64,000 nt of DNA from Candidatus Nezhaarchaeales archaeon (lineage in GTDB: Archaea; Thermoproteota; Methanomethylicia; Nezhaarchaeales; WYZ-LMO8), in assembly GCA_038887515.1 (NCBI GenBank), contig JAWAKK010000001.1:32001-96000 (forward strand), given 5' to 3'. A program made the position numbers and the translations under genes. Position 1 is the stretch's first letter, and each line of letters begins with the position of its first letter. Below, one piece after another: positions 28,166 through 38,014 of the stretch. The notes under the pieces were generated by a model, which saw only the letters and a list, made by a program, of their open reading frames with translations, was not told the origin of the DNA and ran no database searches.

Positions 28166-28387
28166 ATGAGGTTTAAGGGTGAAGGGAGAAAGAGTAGATT
28201 ACCTAAACCGGTGACTCTAGGACAAGAGTACGATGTAGAGATCTCCGAGGTAAGTAGACGAGGCGATGGGTTAGCTAGGATTCAAGGTTTTGTGATATTC
28301 GTACCGGGCACGCAGAAAGGTGACAAAGTGAAGGTTAAGATAACAAGGGTAGGGAGAAGTTACGCAATAGGCGAGGTAGTCGAGTGA
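28166..28387 (+). CDS. Single-TRAM-domain RNA-binding protein (second paralogue)
   Basis: PKPVTLGQEYDVEI...SRRGDGLARIQGFVIFVPG...GDKVKVKI; ATG 28166 follows the SD GAGGTGA. Confidence 0.93.
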   Translation: MRFKGEGRKSRLPKPVTLGQEYDVEISEVSRRGDGLARIQGFVIFVPGTQKGDKVKVKITRVGRSYAIGEVVE

Positions 28388-28402
28388 ACTCCTTAATTAA
28401 GC

Positions 28403-28846
28403 TCATAAGATGACTATCTTCTTACCTCCTTCTTTCTTAGCTTTTTTTAAGGCTCTTAAGACCATTAAGACTTCAATAGTTTTCTTAGCCTTACTTGGAG
28501 GTTGAGGCTTAAGGGAAGTTATTGGGCCTATGTATATGCCTATACTAATGGTCGCATTAGAACCACTCTCTCTTCCAATCCTCTCTATTTCTAGCCGGAT
28601 TTTCTCCATTTCCCTTAGGACTTCATCTATGTTGGTATCAACAAACTTCATTACAACTTCTTCGGTACCCCGTTCCTCGTCGAGACCATAAATCACGATA
28701 CCCCCTAGCTTCGATATCACCTCTTCAACTAATCGAGTTAAACTTCCTGTTACGATATTGGGTTTGTATTCGGTCCAGTGCATGTTGTTAGTTACATCCT
28801 TGAACCTATCCAGATCAAGGGCTACTGTTATCCCGTTAAACTGCAT
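28403..28846 (-). CDS. Stand-alone GGDEF/class III cyclase-like palm-domain protein
   Basis: ALDLDRFK.V, RGTEE at the GGDEF position, TISIGI and ALKKAKKEGG..I. Confidence 0.6.
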   Translation of the reverse strand: MQFNGITVALDLDRFKDVTNNMHWTEYKPNIVTGSLTRLVEEVISKLGGIVIYGLDEERGTEEVVMKFVDTNIDEVLREMEKIRLEIERIGRESGSNATISIGIYIGPITSLKPQPPSKAKKTIEVLMVLRALKKAKKEGGKKIVIL

Positions 28847-29096
28847 GGCGTACCTGAGATATATGATCTTAAAGCTATCTAAAAGGCTATCTTTAAGCGA
28901 TGCGTTTGTATTGCATGTTAAATTGTGGAACTCAAACGAAGAGATCTTTTACTTAAAGTTGAAGGCCTATGTTTTAAGCGATAAGGCCTTATGACATGTA
29001 TACCTCATAATCTTCGGAGCTTATTAAGAATTCGTGTTACATATTCTTTTTTACTTGGTTCAATCAAGTTTATGCTTTTGCCTATCAATAACTTGA

Positions 29097-30275
29097 GTGG
29101 GGGTTGACTTGCTACGGCCTATCGATGAAGTTAAGAGTGTGGCCATTGAAGCCCTTAAAATAATTGAGCGGTACGATACTAGCTTACAGAAGGCTTACTT
29201 TAAGGCTCTTCAAGATTTAGGACTTAAACCTAGCAGGAGGTCGTACGAATTCCTTTACGACTTAGTGATGAATTATCATAGGGTTCAGTATGCCTTCATG
29301 AAAAAGACTGGTAGGCCAGGTAGGCCGAAAGAGATTGTAGAAGTATATGAGTCTGGCGAGCACCTTAAGGTTGACATGCCCGAAAGCCCTCTACGACGTC
29401 TATCGATAGAAGCATCGTTCCCTTACTGGCTCGTACTAAGACTATCGAAGCATCTTAATCTCGAATCTCTTGAGTCAATGCTTAAAGCACTAAATCAACG
29501 TAGGGTGTGGTTGCTAACTCTCGTGGAGCCCGAGAAGATAGTCGATATGCTAACAAAAGAGGGAGTTGAGGCGAGAGTTGACAACGACTTAAGCTATATG
29601 GTTGAAGTCGTGAAGTCAGATAAGCCGCCTTCAAGGTTAGAACCTGTTAAAAAGAATTTAGCTATACCGGTAGACAAGGGCTCTTCTTTAGTTGTTGAAG
29701 CATTAAGAGCTAATGGTTACGAAGTGCTTGATGCATGCGCTGCTCCCGGTATTAAGTCTTCACTCCTCGCTCTTAGAGGATCTTCATTGATTATTGCAGT
29801 AGATAAGTCTAAGACTAGGATAAAGGAAGCGGTTAAGTTACTTAATAAGTTTGGAGTAAAAGATAGGGTATTGTTAGTTCTAGCGGACTCACGAAAACCT
29901 CCTATATCTCGACGCTTTGTAAAAGCGCTACTTGATGTACCGTGTAGCGGTACAGGTACGATAGGTGACGATCCAAGCATAAAGATCAGGCTTTCAAAAC
30001 CTAATAAAATTAGGATGTACCATAAAATCCAGGTAAAGCTCTTAAGCTCCCTATCTAAGGTTGCAGAGGACATAGTATATGCATCGTGTAGCCTACTGCC
30101 AGATGAAGGCGAGCTCGTCGTGGATACTTGTTGTGTAGATGTCGAAGAACTTAGGGTTCCATCTACTGTAGAGTGCTATCAAGGATTCATGTGTAGTGGG
30201 AAGGCGAGAAGGACCATGCCTCACATTCATAGATGCTCGGCCTTCTTCATAGCCCTCTGCAGAGGCCTTAGTTAG
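29097..30275 (+). CDS. RsmB/NOL1/NOP2 family RNA m5C methyltransferase
   Basis: VLDACAAPGIKS, DVPCSGTG and YASCSL..EGE.VV (both Cys present). Confidence 0.9.
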   Translation: MGVDLLRPIDEVKSVAIEALKIIERYDTSLQKAYFKALQDLGLKPSRRSYEFLYDLVMNYHRVQYAFMKKTGRPGRPKEIVEVYESGEHLKVDMPESPLRRLSIEASFPYWLVLRLSKHLNLESLESMLKALNQRRVWLLTLVEPEKIVDMLTKEGVEARVDNDLSYMVEVVKSDKPPSRLEPVKKNLAIPVDKGSSLVVEALRANGYEVLDACAAPGIKSSLLALRGSSLIIAVDKSKTRIKEAVKLLNKFGVKDRVLLVLADSRKPPISRRFVKALLDVPCSGTGTIGDDPSIKIRLSKPNKIRMYHKIQVKLLSSLSKVAEDIVYASCSLLPDEGELVVDTCCVDVEELRVPSTVECYQGFMCSGKARRTMPHIHRCSAFFIALCRGLS

Positions 30276-30372
30276 TAAAACGTAAGTCTTTAATGTACGA
30301 AAAGACGTAAAATCATTGAAGAATATGTAGTTATGTAGTGCATTATGGAAGGACTAACGACCCTCTCTACGC

Positions 30373-31725
30373 CTAATATCGTTCGACCCTCTCCACGACC
30401 CCTTTAACTATGTTCAAGTATTTTCTTAGCAGTACTTGAACTGAGTCTTTGCTTGTAGCTTCGCATAGAATTCTAATTTTTGGCTCAGTCTGCGATGGTC
30501 TTATTAGGATCCAGCCATCTCTAAGCCACAGTTTAATGCCATCAGTTAAGTCTAACTCTTCACCATAAAACTCGCTAATCAAGTTCTTCATAACTACTTC
30601 GTACTTCGAAGGATGGCAATTAACAGCCTCTTTAGCTTGATAGTACTTTGGCAATCTTTTTATGTACTCTGATAGCCGGCTTTCACTTAAAGTTAAGGCT
30701 TCAACTATCAATGCTGCGCCAAAGACTCCATCTCTAGCTAGATTAAAGAATGCTGGGATTATTCCTCCACTGCTACCTTCGCCACCTATTGGGGCCTGAT
30801 GCTCCAATATAGTTCTTACTACCCTGGCTTCCCCTACAGGGCTCCAATAAATGTTGACGCCCATTTTTTCGGCAATCCATTTAAAGACCATCGAAGAAGC
30901 TACGCTAACTACTAGGGGGCCCTTACGATTACTCAGGACATGAATTGACGCTATAGCTAGTCCATAGTCTTCAGCCAATACTTCGCCGCCGTCAGCGACG
31001 CAAACGAGTCTGTCAGCATCAGCATCATGGGCAAAACCAACATCGGCCTCATGAGCCTTGACTGCCTTACTTAGTGACGATAATGCGCTTGGACTAGGCT
31101 CTACTTCTCTACTGAACAATCCTGGAGCAGAATTTATCGTTATAACTTTACATCCCAACTTCCTCAAAAGTAGTGGTGTAGCTATAGAACCAGCTCCTCC
31201 GCCGGGGTCTATCACAACTATAGGCTCTCTCCTCTTTATTGCCTCTACGTCTAGGAACTTAATTGCTTCACGCATGTATTCTTCAAGAGGGTCGAACGAA
31301 AGCGTAATTGCCCTTCTACCGCCTACAGCTAGGTAACGACCTTCTCCAGCGTAAGTCATTAGTTTCGAGACTTCATCTACATCAAGTAACATGCCTTTAA
31401 GAGCGAACTTTAATGCATTCCACTCAGGAGGGTTATGGGAGGCGCTGATGATTATTGCCCCATCAGCTCTAATACTTTTGCAGGTCCATAAAATTACAGG
31501 TGTTGGTTGGATTCCAACCACGTATGTCTTGCAGCCCAGGTCGGCTAAAGCAGAAAGTACTGCATGTTCCATGGCTTCGCCGCTAGGCCTAGTGTCTCTT
31601 CCAACTACTACACTATTGACCTTCCATAAACTTACAAAGGCTTTTGTTAATTTAATTACAAGATCCGGAGTGATACTTTCTCCATATATCCCACGTATCC
31701 CGGAATGTGAAGCCATGAGAGGCAA
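30373..31725 (-). CDS. Phosphoglucomutase/phosphomannomutase family phosphohexomutase
   Basis: SGIRG, GRDTR, SASHNPP, DADADR, GGEGS and IRPSQTEP..RI. Confidence 0.92.
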   Translation of the reverse strand: MPLMASHSGIRGIYGESITPDLVIKLTKAFVSLWKVNSVVVGRDTRPSGEAMEHAVLSALADLGCKTYVVGIQPTPVILWTCKSIRADGAIIISASHNPPEWNALKFALKGMLLDVDEVSKLMTYAGEGRYLAVGGRRAITLSFDPLEEYMREAIKFLDVEAIKRREPIVVIDPGGGAGSIATPLLLRKLGCKVITINSAPGLFSREVEPSPSALSSLSKAVKAHEADVGFAHDADADRLVCVADGGEVLAEDYGLAIASIHVLSNRKGPLVVSVASSMVFKWIAEKMGVNIYWSPVGEARVVRTILEHQAPIGGEGSSGGIIPAFFNLARDGVFGAALIVEALTLSESRLSEYIKRLPKYYQAKEAVNCHPSKYEVVMKNLISEFYGEELDLTDGIKLWLRDGWILIRPSQTEPKIRILCEATSKDSVQVLLRKYLNIVKGVVERVERY

Positions 31726-31798
31726 TTTTTCTCATCTCCTTTCATACGTAAGCTATAAAGGTCTATATTTACTTAAGCCTTGATAGGTTAGCTACCTT

Positions 31799-33757
31799 AT
31801 GTCGGAACAACAAGACTTTCTCGACTACTTCCCCTACCCTAGCCTTAGACCTCATCAAGATAAGGCCATTCTCTTCTCTCGTGAGGTCTTTAAAAATGGG
31901 TTAATAGGTCTCCTCTCTTCACCATGCGGTACTGGCAAATCTATTTCCGTATTGACTGGTTACCTAGCTGCTGGCGGTCCATCGATAGGAAGACTCTTAA
32001 TACTAACAAGGACCAAGAACCAGAGCGATGTATACTGTAGGGAGCTTCGAGTGTTGAGAGATAAGTGTGGAATACGGATGGTAACTTCGATATTCGTTAA
32101 CAAGCAAGACATGTGCCCCATACTTAGGAAGAAGCGGTTGAACATCTCGTACCGTGATTTTTTGGTGCTCTGTAGAACCCTACGAAGAGGGTTAGGAGGG
32201 GAAGTTTGCGAGAATTACTACAACACGTTTTTAAATTGGTATCCTACGAAGAAGGCTAGGAAAGTGGTGGACAAACTAGCTGAGCTCGGTGTTTCAAGCG
32301 CTGACACCGTATACGAAATGGCGGACAGTGAAGGAGTATGTCCCTACGAGATCACCAAACTGCTATCTTACAAAGCTCATGTAATCATTGGGAATTACAA
32401 TTACGCCATCGTAGATCCCATTAGAGAAAGCCTATTAGGTAAAATAGGGCTTGAGGTTGAAGATTTAAACTGCGTCTTTGATGAGGCTCATACCCTCCCA
32501 TTGTATGCAAGCGAGCTATTATCTGATGAATTATCATTGACTACTGTCCAAAGAGCTCTTGGAGAAGCTGACGAATTTAATGTTGATGATATAGGTATTC
32601 TGCAAGCACTTGAAGACTTTATGAAGAACATGGAAACACTTCTAATAAACGAAAGTGCAATAAACGAGGAGAAATTGATCGAACACAGCAATCTTGTTTT
32701 GGTCCTGGTTGAGGTTGCAAAGCTCAAGTCTCCCTCGGCGCTCAAGTCTCTGCTGACTAATTTAGAAGAAGAAAGTGAGAGTATAAGACTCCAAAGATCT
32801 CGAGAAGGGAAACCCCCTGTCTCATATATTGGTAGGGTCGCCTCCTTCCTAAAACTCTGGGTTGAGACTGAAGAAAAGAAGTTCGCAAAGTATGCAATGA
32901 TTGAAAGTTACGGTCCCAATAAAAGGTTTAAACTGGGAGTAAGGTGTTTAGACCCTTCTGTAGCCTGCAAGATTATCAATAGTTTCAGGTCATGCATATT
33001 AATGTCTGGAACCTTATGGGAACCCGATTACTACGTTGATGTGCTAGGGCTGGATTCGAAGAGGGTTAAGTTTCTAGAGCTACCATCACCATTTCCCGAA
33101 GAGAACATGATGGTTATAGTTGACACGGCTGTAACGACTAAGTACGAAATGAGGAGTAACGTTGAGTGGGATAAAATGGCATCAAGGCTTGTAGACATTA
33201 TAAAGGCGATAAGCGGCAGAGTAGCTATCTTCTTTCCCTCTTACGAGATTATGAACGTCATTGCCAATAGACTAAAGGATAAGATAGATTTACCTATACT
33301 TTGCGAGACTAGAAATACGAAGATTTCTGAAGTTAAAGAATTTGTCGTAAAGAACAGAAAGTGCGTTCTATTAGGAGTAGCTAGGGGAAAGATTAGCGAA
33401 GGAGTAGAGATAGTGTCCGAGGGCAAGTCTATGCTTGACGTAGTCATCCTTGCAGGCCTACCATATCCCAAGAACACAGAGCTTCACCAAGCATTGACCA
33501 AGTACTTTGAGGAGAAGTTTGGAGATCAAGCTTTCAAGTATGCAACCATAATGCCTTGTTCGATAGCCATAGCTCAATCAGCTGGAAGGCTTATAAGGGG
33601 ACCTGAAGATAGAGGGTTATTGATTTTAATGGATTCTAGGGCTGCTAGATCTTTTAAGCGCTACCTGCCGCGCGACTGGGTTAAGAGGATGAAACACCAT
33701 TTAAGTTTAAAAGCTATAATCAAAGATATAGAAAACTTCATGAAAGGAAAACGGTAG
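31799..33757 (+). CDS. XPD/Rad3/DinG family Fe-S DNA helicase
   Basis: RPHQ Q-motif, SPCGTGKS, four Fe-S Cys including CPY, DEAH, MSGTL, GKISEG, GLPYP and QSAGRLIR. Confidence 0.92.
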   Translation: MSEQQDFLDYFPYPSLRPHQDKAILFSREVFKNGLIGLLSSPCGTGKSISVLTGYLAAGGPSIGRLLILTRTKNQSDVYCRELRVLRDKCGIRMVTSIFVNKQDMCPILRKKRLNISYRDFLVLCRTLRRGLGGEVCENYYNTFLNWYPTKKARKVVDKLAELGVSSADTVYEMADSEGVCPYEITKLLSYKAHVIIGNYNYAIVDPIRESLLGKIGLEVEDLNCVFDEAHTLPLYASELLSDELSLTTVQRALGEADEFNVDDIGILQALEDFMKNMETLLINESAINEEKLIEHSNLVLVLVEVAKLKSPSALKSLLTNLEEESESIRLQRSREGKPPVSYIGRVASFLKLWVETEEKKFAKYAMIESYGPNKRFKLGVRCLDPSVACKIINSFRSCILMSGTLWEPDYYVDVLGLDSKRVKFLELPSPFPEENMMVIVDTAVTTKYEMRSNVEWDKMASRLVDIIKAISGRVAIFFPSYEIMNVIANRLKDKIDLPILCETRNTKISEVKEFVVKNRKCVLLGVARGKISEGVEIVSEGKSMLDVVILAGLPYPKNTELHQALTKYFEEKFGDQAFKYATIMPCSIAIAQSAGRLIRGPEDRGLLILMDSRAARSFKRYLPRDWVKRMKHHLSLKAIIKDIENFMKGKR

Positions 33758-33794
33758 AAAAACACTTCGTACACTTTATGTATGGTCGAGGGAT

Positions 33795-34844
33795 ATGCTC
33801 AGAGACCGAGACGCTCCTGTGACGAAGGAAGGCATAATAATGAGGGTCTACGGCTATGATCATCCCTCTGACAGATATATATGTGATGTTGAGTATGCCC
33901 CTGAAACGATATATAAAAGCGATATACCTAAAGCCTTGAGGGATGGAGGCGGTAGCAGGTATTACAAGTTCTATGAAGATGAAGGATTGAAGTTCGTATT
34001 ATCAAAGTATCCTCAATATTCATTCTACGTTCCATACCTTAAGAGTAGCGTTGTAGCTGTCAGCGAAAAACAATTACTAGAGGTGCGCAAACCCCAAGAT
34101 GGCTTAGCTATGTTACTAGATAAAGGGGATTTGATGTCACGTGCCTCTCGTGAAATTTTGGAGTCAATATTGGAGACCTCAAAATTAAAGGTTAACGACT
34201 TCGGAGTCTTCGGTTCTCTTCTTCATAACTTTTACAGGATTGAAATGAGTGACCTTGACTTCACAATTTACGGTAGTAAGGAACTTACAGAGCTGAGAGA
34301 TGCTTTGACTGAGCTTTATAAAGCTGGCACCTTAACAAATGAGTTTGACGCAGTGGATGAATCTCGTTTCGCGAGATGGCGTTTCAGGAAGTATAGTACA
34401 AGAGAATACGTTTGGCACCAACGTAGAAAGGTCGTTTATGGGATTTTAGACTCCAAGAGCTTAAGACGAAAAATAAAGTTCGAATTCGAACCCGTGTTAA
34501 AGTGGGACGAAGTAGTAAATGAATACGAAAACATAGTCGACGTTGAAGTTCTAGGCTTTGTAGAAGCCGTCGTGAGAGTTTTGGATGACCGCCATTCTCC
34601 ATTCATACCATCAAAGTACTACATAGAAGTCATCGAGGTTAAATCATCGCTACCAATAAAGGTTGAACCAGCTAGGATAGTATCTTACGTCGAGGAATTT
34701 AGAATGCAACTCTTTAAGGACGAAATCGGATTTGTTGCTGGCTGGCTTGAACAAGTCCATACAAGGAACTCTACGTTTCAACAAATCGTACTAACTAGGA
34801 AAGAAGGATACTACGATCAAGTCTTGAAATGTTTAAAGACTTAA
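33795..34844 (+). CDS. Archaeal predicted nucleotidyltransferase (Pol beta superfamily)
   Basis: RDRD, V.GY.HP and FGVFGSLL....SDLDF.IYG. Confidence 0.75.
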   Translation: MLRDRDAPVTKEGIIMRVYGYDHPSDRYICDVEYAPETIYKSDIPKALRDGGGSRYYKFYEDEGLKFVLSKYPQYSFYVPYLKSSVVAVSEKQLLEVRKPQDGLAMLLDKGDLMSRASREILESILETSKLKVNDFGVFGSLLHNFYRIEMSDLDFTIYGSKELTELRDALTELYKAGTLTNEFDAVDESRFARWRFRKYSTREYVWHQRRKVVYGILDSKSLRRKIKFEFEPVLKWDEVVNEYENIVDVEVLGFVEAVVRVLDDRHSPFIPSKYYIEVIEVKSSLPIKVEPARIVSYVEEFRMQLFKDEIGFVAGWLEQVHTRNSTFQQIVLTRKEGYYDQVLKCLKT

Positions 34845-35122
34845 CGGGCTTGGATCAAAGGCTTCCTGACCGTTGCCGTCGTATTATCGGCGATGCCCAA
34901 CTTCTTCATCTGTTCCGAGTTGAGCCAGACTTCGTTGACTGGCACGCCGTCACTGATGACCGCGTTAAATTCGTATCTTTTCTTTCCAGCCAAGACTACC
35001 TCGAGCTTATCGGTTATACCCAGAAATTCGGCGGTCTTGGAATTTATTCTAGCACTCCCTTCTTCAACTTCATCCTTCTTCCTAAGCTTTAATCTCTTCT
35101 CAGTCACTTTGCTCATGGACAT
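34841..35122 (-). CDS. Small stand-alone double-psi beta-barrel-like protein
   Basis: Internal two-fold repeat D.V..G/N.A/V.I/LNS...(F/K)LGI..; resembles the CDC48 N-domain. Confidence 0.6.
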   Translation of the reverse strand: MSMSKVTEKRLKLRKKDEVEEGSARINSKTAEFLGITDKLEVVLAGKKRYEFNAVISDGVPVNEVWLNSEQMKKLGIADNTTATVRKPLIQAR

Positions 35123-35152
35123 CGCCTACAACATAGTTTACTATACGTAAAA

Positions 35153-36901
35153 TTAAGTCTTTTCGATATATTCAACTAGCTCTTTTATGGGACCCTTTGC
35201 TTCCCTTCTTCTAACATACGCTTCAACTATGTCTGGTAGCTCTCTTATCTGGCACCTTACTTGTTTCCACGTATCCCTGTCTCGTATGGTTACGGTGTCG
35301 TCCTTTAGTGTCTGGTAATCTATGGTGACTGCAATTGGAATACCTACTTCATCTGCTCTCGCATATCTCCTCCCTATCGACCCTGAATCATCGTAATCAA
35401 CTATGAGACCTCGGAGCTTTAATATATTGTAGACCTCTCTAGCCTTTTCCGGAAGACCGTCCCGATTCACCAATGGTAAGACTATAACCTCTATTGGAGC
35501 TATGTCTGGAGGGAACGATAACACTACTCTGCCATCTTTCTCCCTATATGCGTACTCCATTGCTGCATAAACGAGTCTCTCAGCTCCAAAGGAGGGCTCA
35601 GCAACGAACGGGATAAACTTTCTACCCTTAACCCTCTTCTTTTCTTTTTTAAACTCAATGTGCTTCGGGTAAATCCTAAATTTACCCATCTCAAAGAACC
35701 CTTTGGTTTTTATTTCTTCTAGAACCCTTTCTCCGGGCATCATTCTCAATGCATTTATTACCGTGTTCGTCTCTTGACCGTAATCCTCCCTTATCGTATC
35801 TAATATAGGCCTTAATTCAACCTCTTCAACTTCAACCTCGGAGGACATTTGTTTATATACCCTTAAATCTTCTCCGCTCAAGGCCATATGACCTCTCAGG
35901 TCGTAATCCGTCCTAAATGCGTGACCTGAAACTTCGACCCAGCCCCACTTCTCAAGCTTTACGACTTGATCGTAAACTTGAGAAGCGTAGTGAGCCCTTT
36001 CATGAGGTAGCTTAGCTATGAACATTTGCTTATCCTTTGCGATTCCTAATTCTTGAATGAAGTTTTGAGCTAGAACCATGAAGTAAGCAAGCCACTCGTT
36101 CGCTATGAATCCTTGCTTAAGAGCCTCCTCGACTGTTACTTCTATTGGGGTTATATCTTTCTTCGAAACTCTCTCCTCAGGGACGAGCCTTAAGAGCTCG
36201 CTTCTATTAAGCAACGGACAATAGGGATCTTGGGGGTCGTAGAAGAACTCGAGCTCCATTATTGTAAATTCTCTTAGCCTTATAGGCCCCTGTCTAGGGG
36301 ATATTTCGTTTCTCATTACCTTGCCTATCTGAGCTATCCCTAACGGCAATCTATTTCTCATAGACTCATAGACTCTGCTAAAAGTTGTAAACATTCCTTG
36401 AGCAGCCTCAGGCCTTGCAAAACCTACGTTTTCACTATATGGACCTATAGTAGTCTGAAATAGCAAGTTGAATTTCTTAACCGTACCAAGGCGACCTCCA
36501 CACTCAGGGCATTTGACATTCCTTTCGGCTATTATGGATGTTAGTTGTTCTTCGCTTAACCCTTCAAGTCCTGAAAGTCCTGTTTCTTCCTCTATTACAT
36601 GATCTGCCCTAAACTTTCTTCCACACTCTAGGCATTCAACCATGTAGTCTGTGAAGTGATTTACGTGACCTGAAGCCTCAAAGACCTTATACGGTGTTAT
36701 TATCGGTGTCTCTATTTCAACGACGATCTCTTGATTCTTTAAGACGAACCAGTAGCGCCACTTCTCTTCGATTTTTCTTTTAAGTAGTTTACCTAGGGGG
36801 CCAAAGTCCAAAAAGCCGCTTACGCCTCCATATATCTCTGCCGAGGTCCAGAAGAATCCTCTCCTTCTAGCCAGTTCCATTACCTTGTCGGCAACACTCA
36901 T
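35153..36901 (-). CDS. glyS: Glycyl-tRNA synthetase (alpha2 type)
   Basis: RRGFF..S.EIYGG, ASGH, RPEAAQG, RNEISPRQG.IRLREF, EPSFG.ER and GSIGRRYARADE.G. Confidence 0.96.
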   Translation of the reverse strand: MSVADKVMELARRRGFFWTSAEIYGGVSGFLDFGPLGKLLKRKIEEKWRYWFVLKNQEIVVEIETPIITPYKVFEASGHVNHFTDYMVECLECGRKFRADHVIEEETGLSGLEGLSEEQLTSIIAERNVKCPECGGRLGTVKKFNLLFQTTIGPYSENVGFARPEAAQGMFTTFSRVYESMRNRLPLGIAQIGKVMRNEISPRQGPIRLREFTIMELEFFYDPQDPYCPLLNRSELLRLVPEERVSKKDITPIEVTVEEALKQGFIANEWLAYFMVLAQNFIQELGIAKDKQMFIAKLPHERAHYASQVYDQVVKLEKWGWVEVSGHAFRTDYDLRGHMALSGEDLRVYKQMSSEVEVEEVELRPILDTIREDYGQETNTVINALRMMPGERVLEEIKTKGFFEMGKFRIYPKHIEFKKEKKRVKGRKFIPFVAEPSFGAERLVYAAMEYAYREKDGRVVLSFPPDIAPIEVIVLPLVNRDGLPEKAREVYNILKLRGLIVDYDDSGSIGRRYARADEVGIPIAVTIDYQTLKDDTVTIRDRDTWKQVRCQIRELPDIVEAYVRRREAKGPIKELVEYIEKT

Positions 36902-36977
36902 TTAGCAACACTCTCTCCGAGAGTCCTAAAACGTAAAGCTTTTAGCTGTAACGATAATATAAAAACTCTCTCAATCC

Positions 36978-37958
36978 TTACGGAATGGCAATAGCATTTA
37001 TTCTCAGTCTCTTCTTAATCTCGTGAGCGAACTCGATGCCATAACCATCTCTACTGTTATCTACTATCACTACTTCTGGCCTACTATCTTCGACATAGGC
37101 TAGTAGGTGGTAAAAGTCGCTATGGCTACTAAGCGAGACTCTATACATATTACGGGCAACTTTTCTGTGAGTAACCTTAAATTCCCATCCAGTTAGATGT
37201 ATTTTTAACCCCTTGACTTTCTCCTCAAGCCTTGAGGCATGCTTAAAGAATATATACCCGCTTTCTCTCTTAGAGATTTCAACACCCTCCATTGAGGATG
37301 CGTTCACCAAATCTCGAACCTTAAGATCATGTTTAATACATGCCATAGTTAGTTCGTACATCTTTCCTTCGGCTAGAAATGGTGCACGAATTCCGTTCTT
37401 CTGTAATACTTCCATTACTTCTTGGATTTTTCCATAAAATCCATATACGTGAATTGGTTGCTTTTCAACTTCGTTACTAACTAGTTTCATCAAAGCATCG
37501 TAGACTTCATCTATTGGCGGTCTGATACACCTTGGGTGTCCGTAGGTTGCCTCTATTATTAATATGTCAGCTTCGATCACTGGTGCCCCTGGAAGCCTAA
37601 AGTCACCTGTGTACAAGACTCTGTATCCTTGCTCGTCTTCGACTAAGACTTGGGCTGAGCCAGGTATGTGATGCGCCGGGTATAACATCATTACGTTGCC
37701 ACCGACTATAACCGGTTCTCCGAACCTTAGCGGCATGATTTTACTAGCTTCACTCCCATACAACACGCTTAACATATCTCTAGTTGTTGGAGTAGCGTAA
37801 ACAACCTTACATTTTTTTAAGCTGTTTTTTAGGCCGAAGGTGTGGTCGTAGTGGGCATGAGTTACAATTCTGACGTCTTTCCCGTCTTCATGTGCATCGC
37901 AGACTACGTGGTCACCTATCACTATAGCCTTATTCCTAGTCACCAGCGCGCTAAGCAA
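36978..37958 (-). CDS. Metallo-beta-lactamase/beta-CASP family nuclease
   Basis: THAHYDH, HIPGS, YTGDF, EATYG and SSHSDF. Confidence 0.85.
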   Translation of the reverse strand: MLSALVTRNKAIVIGDHVVCDAHEDGKDVRIVTHAHYDHTFGLKNSLKKCKVVYATPTTRDMLSVLYGSEASKIMPLRFGEPVIVGGNVMMLYPAHHIPGSAQVLVEDEQGYRVLYTGDFRLPGAPVIEADILIIEATYGHPRCIRPPIDEVYDALMKLVSNEVEKQPIHVYGFYGKIQEVMEVLQKNGIRAPFLAEGKMYELTMACIKHDLKVRDLVNASSMEGVEISKRESGYIFFKHASRLEEKVKGLKIHLTGWEFKVTHRKVARNMYRVSLSSHSDFYHLLAYVEDSRPEVVIVDNSRDGYGIEFAHEIKKRLRINAIAIP

Positions 37959-38014
37959 TTAACGCACCGAGCTATCCCTCTAGTTATACCCTCACTTTAA
38001 AAGATTGTAGTCTC

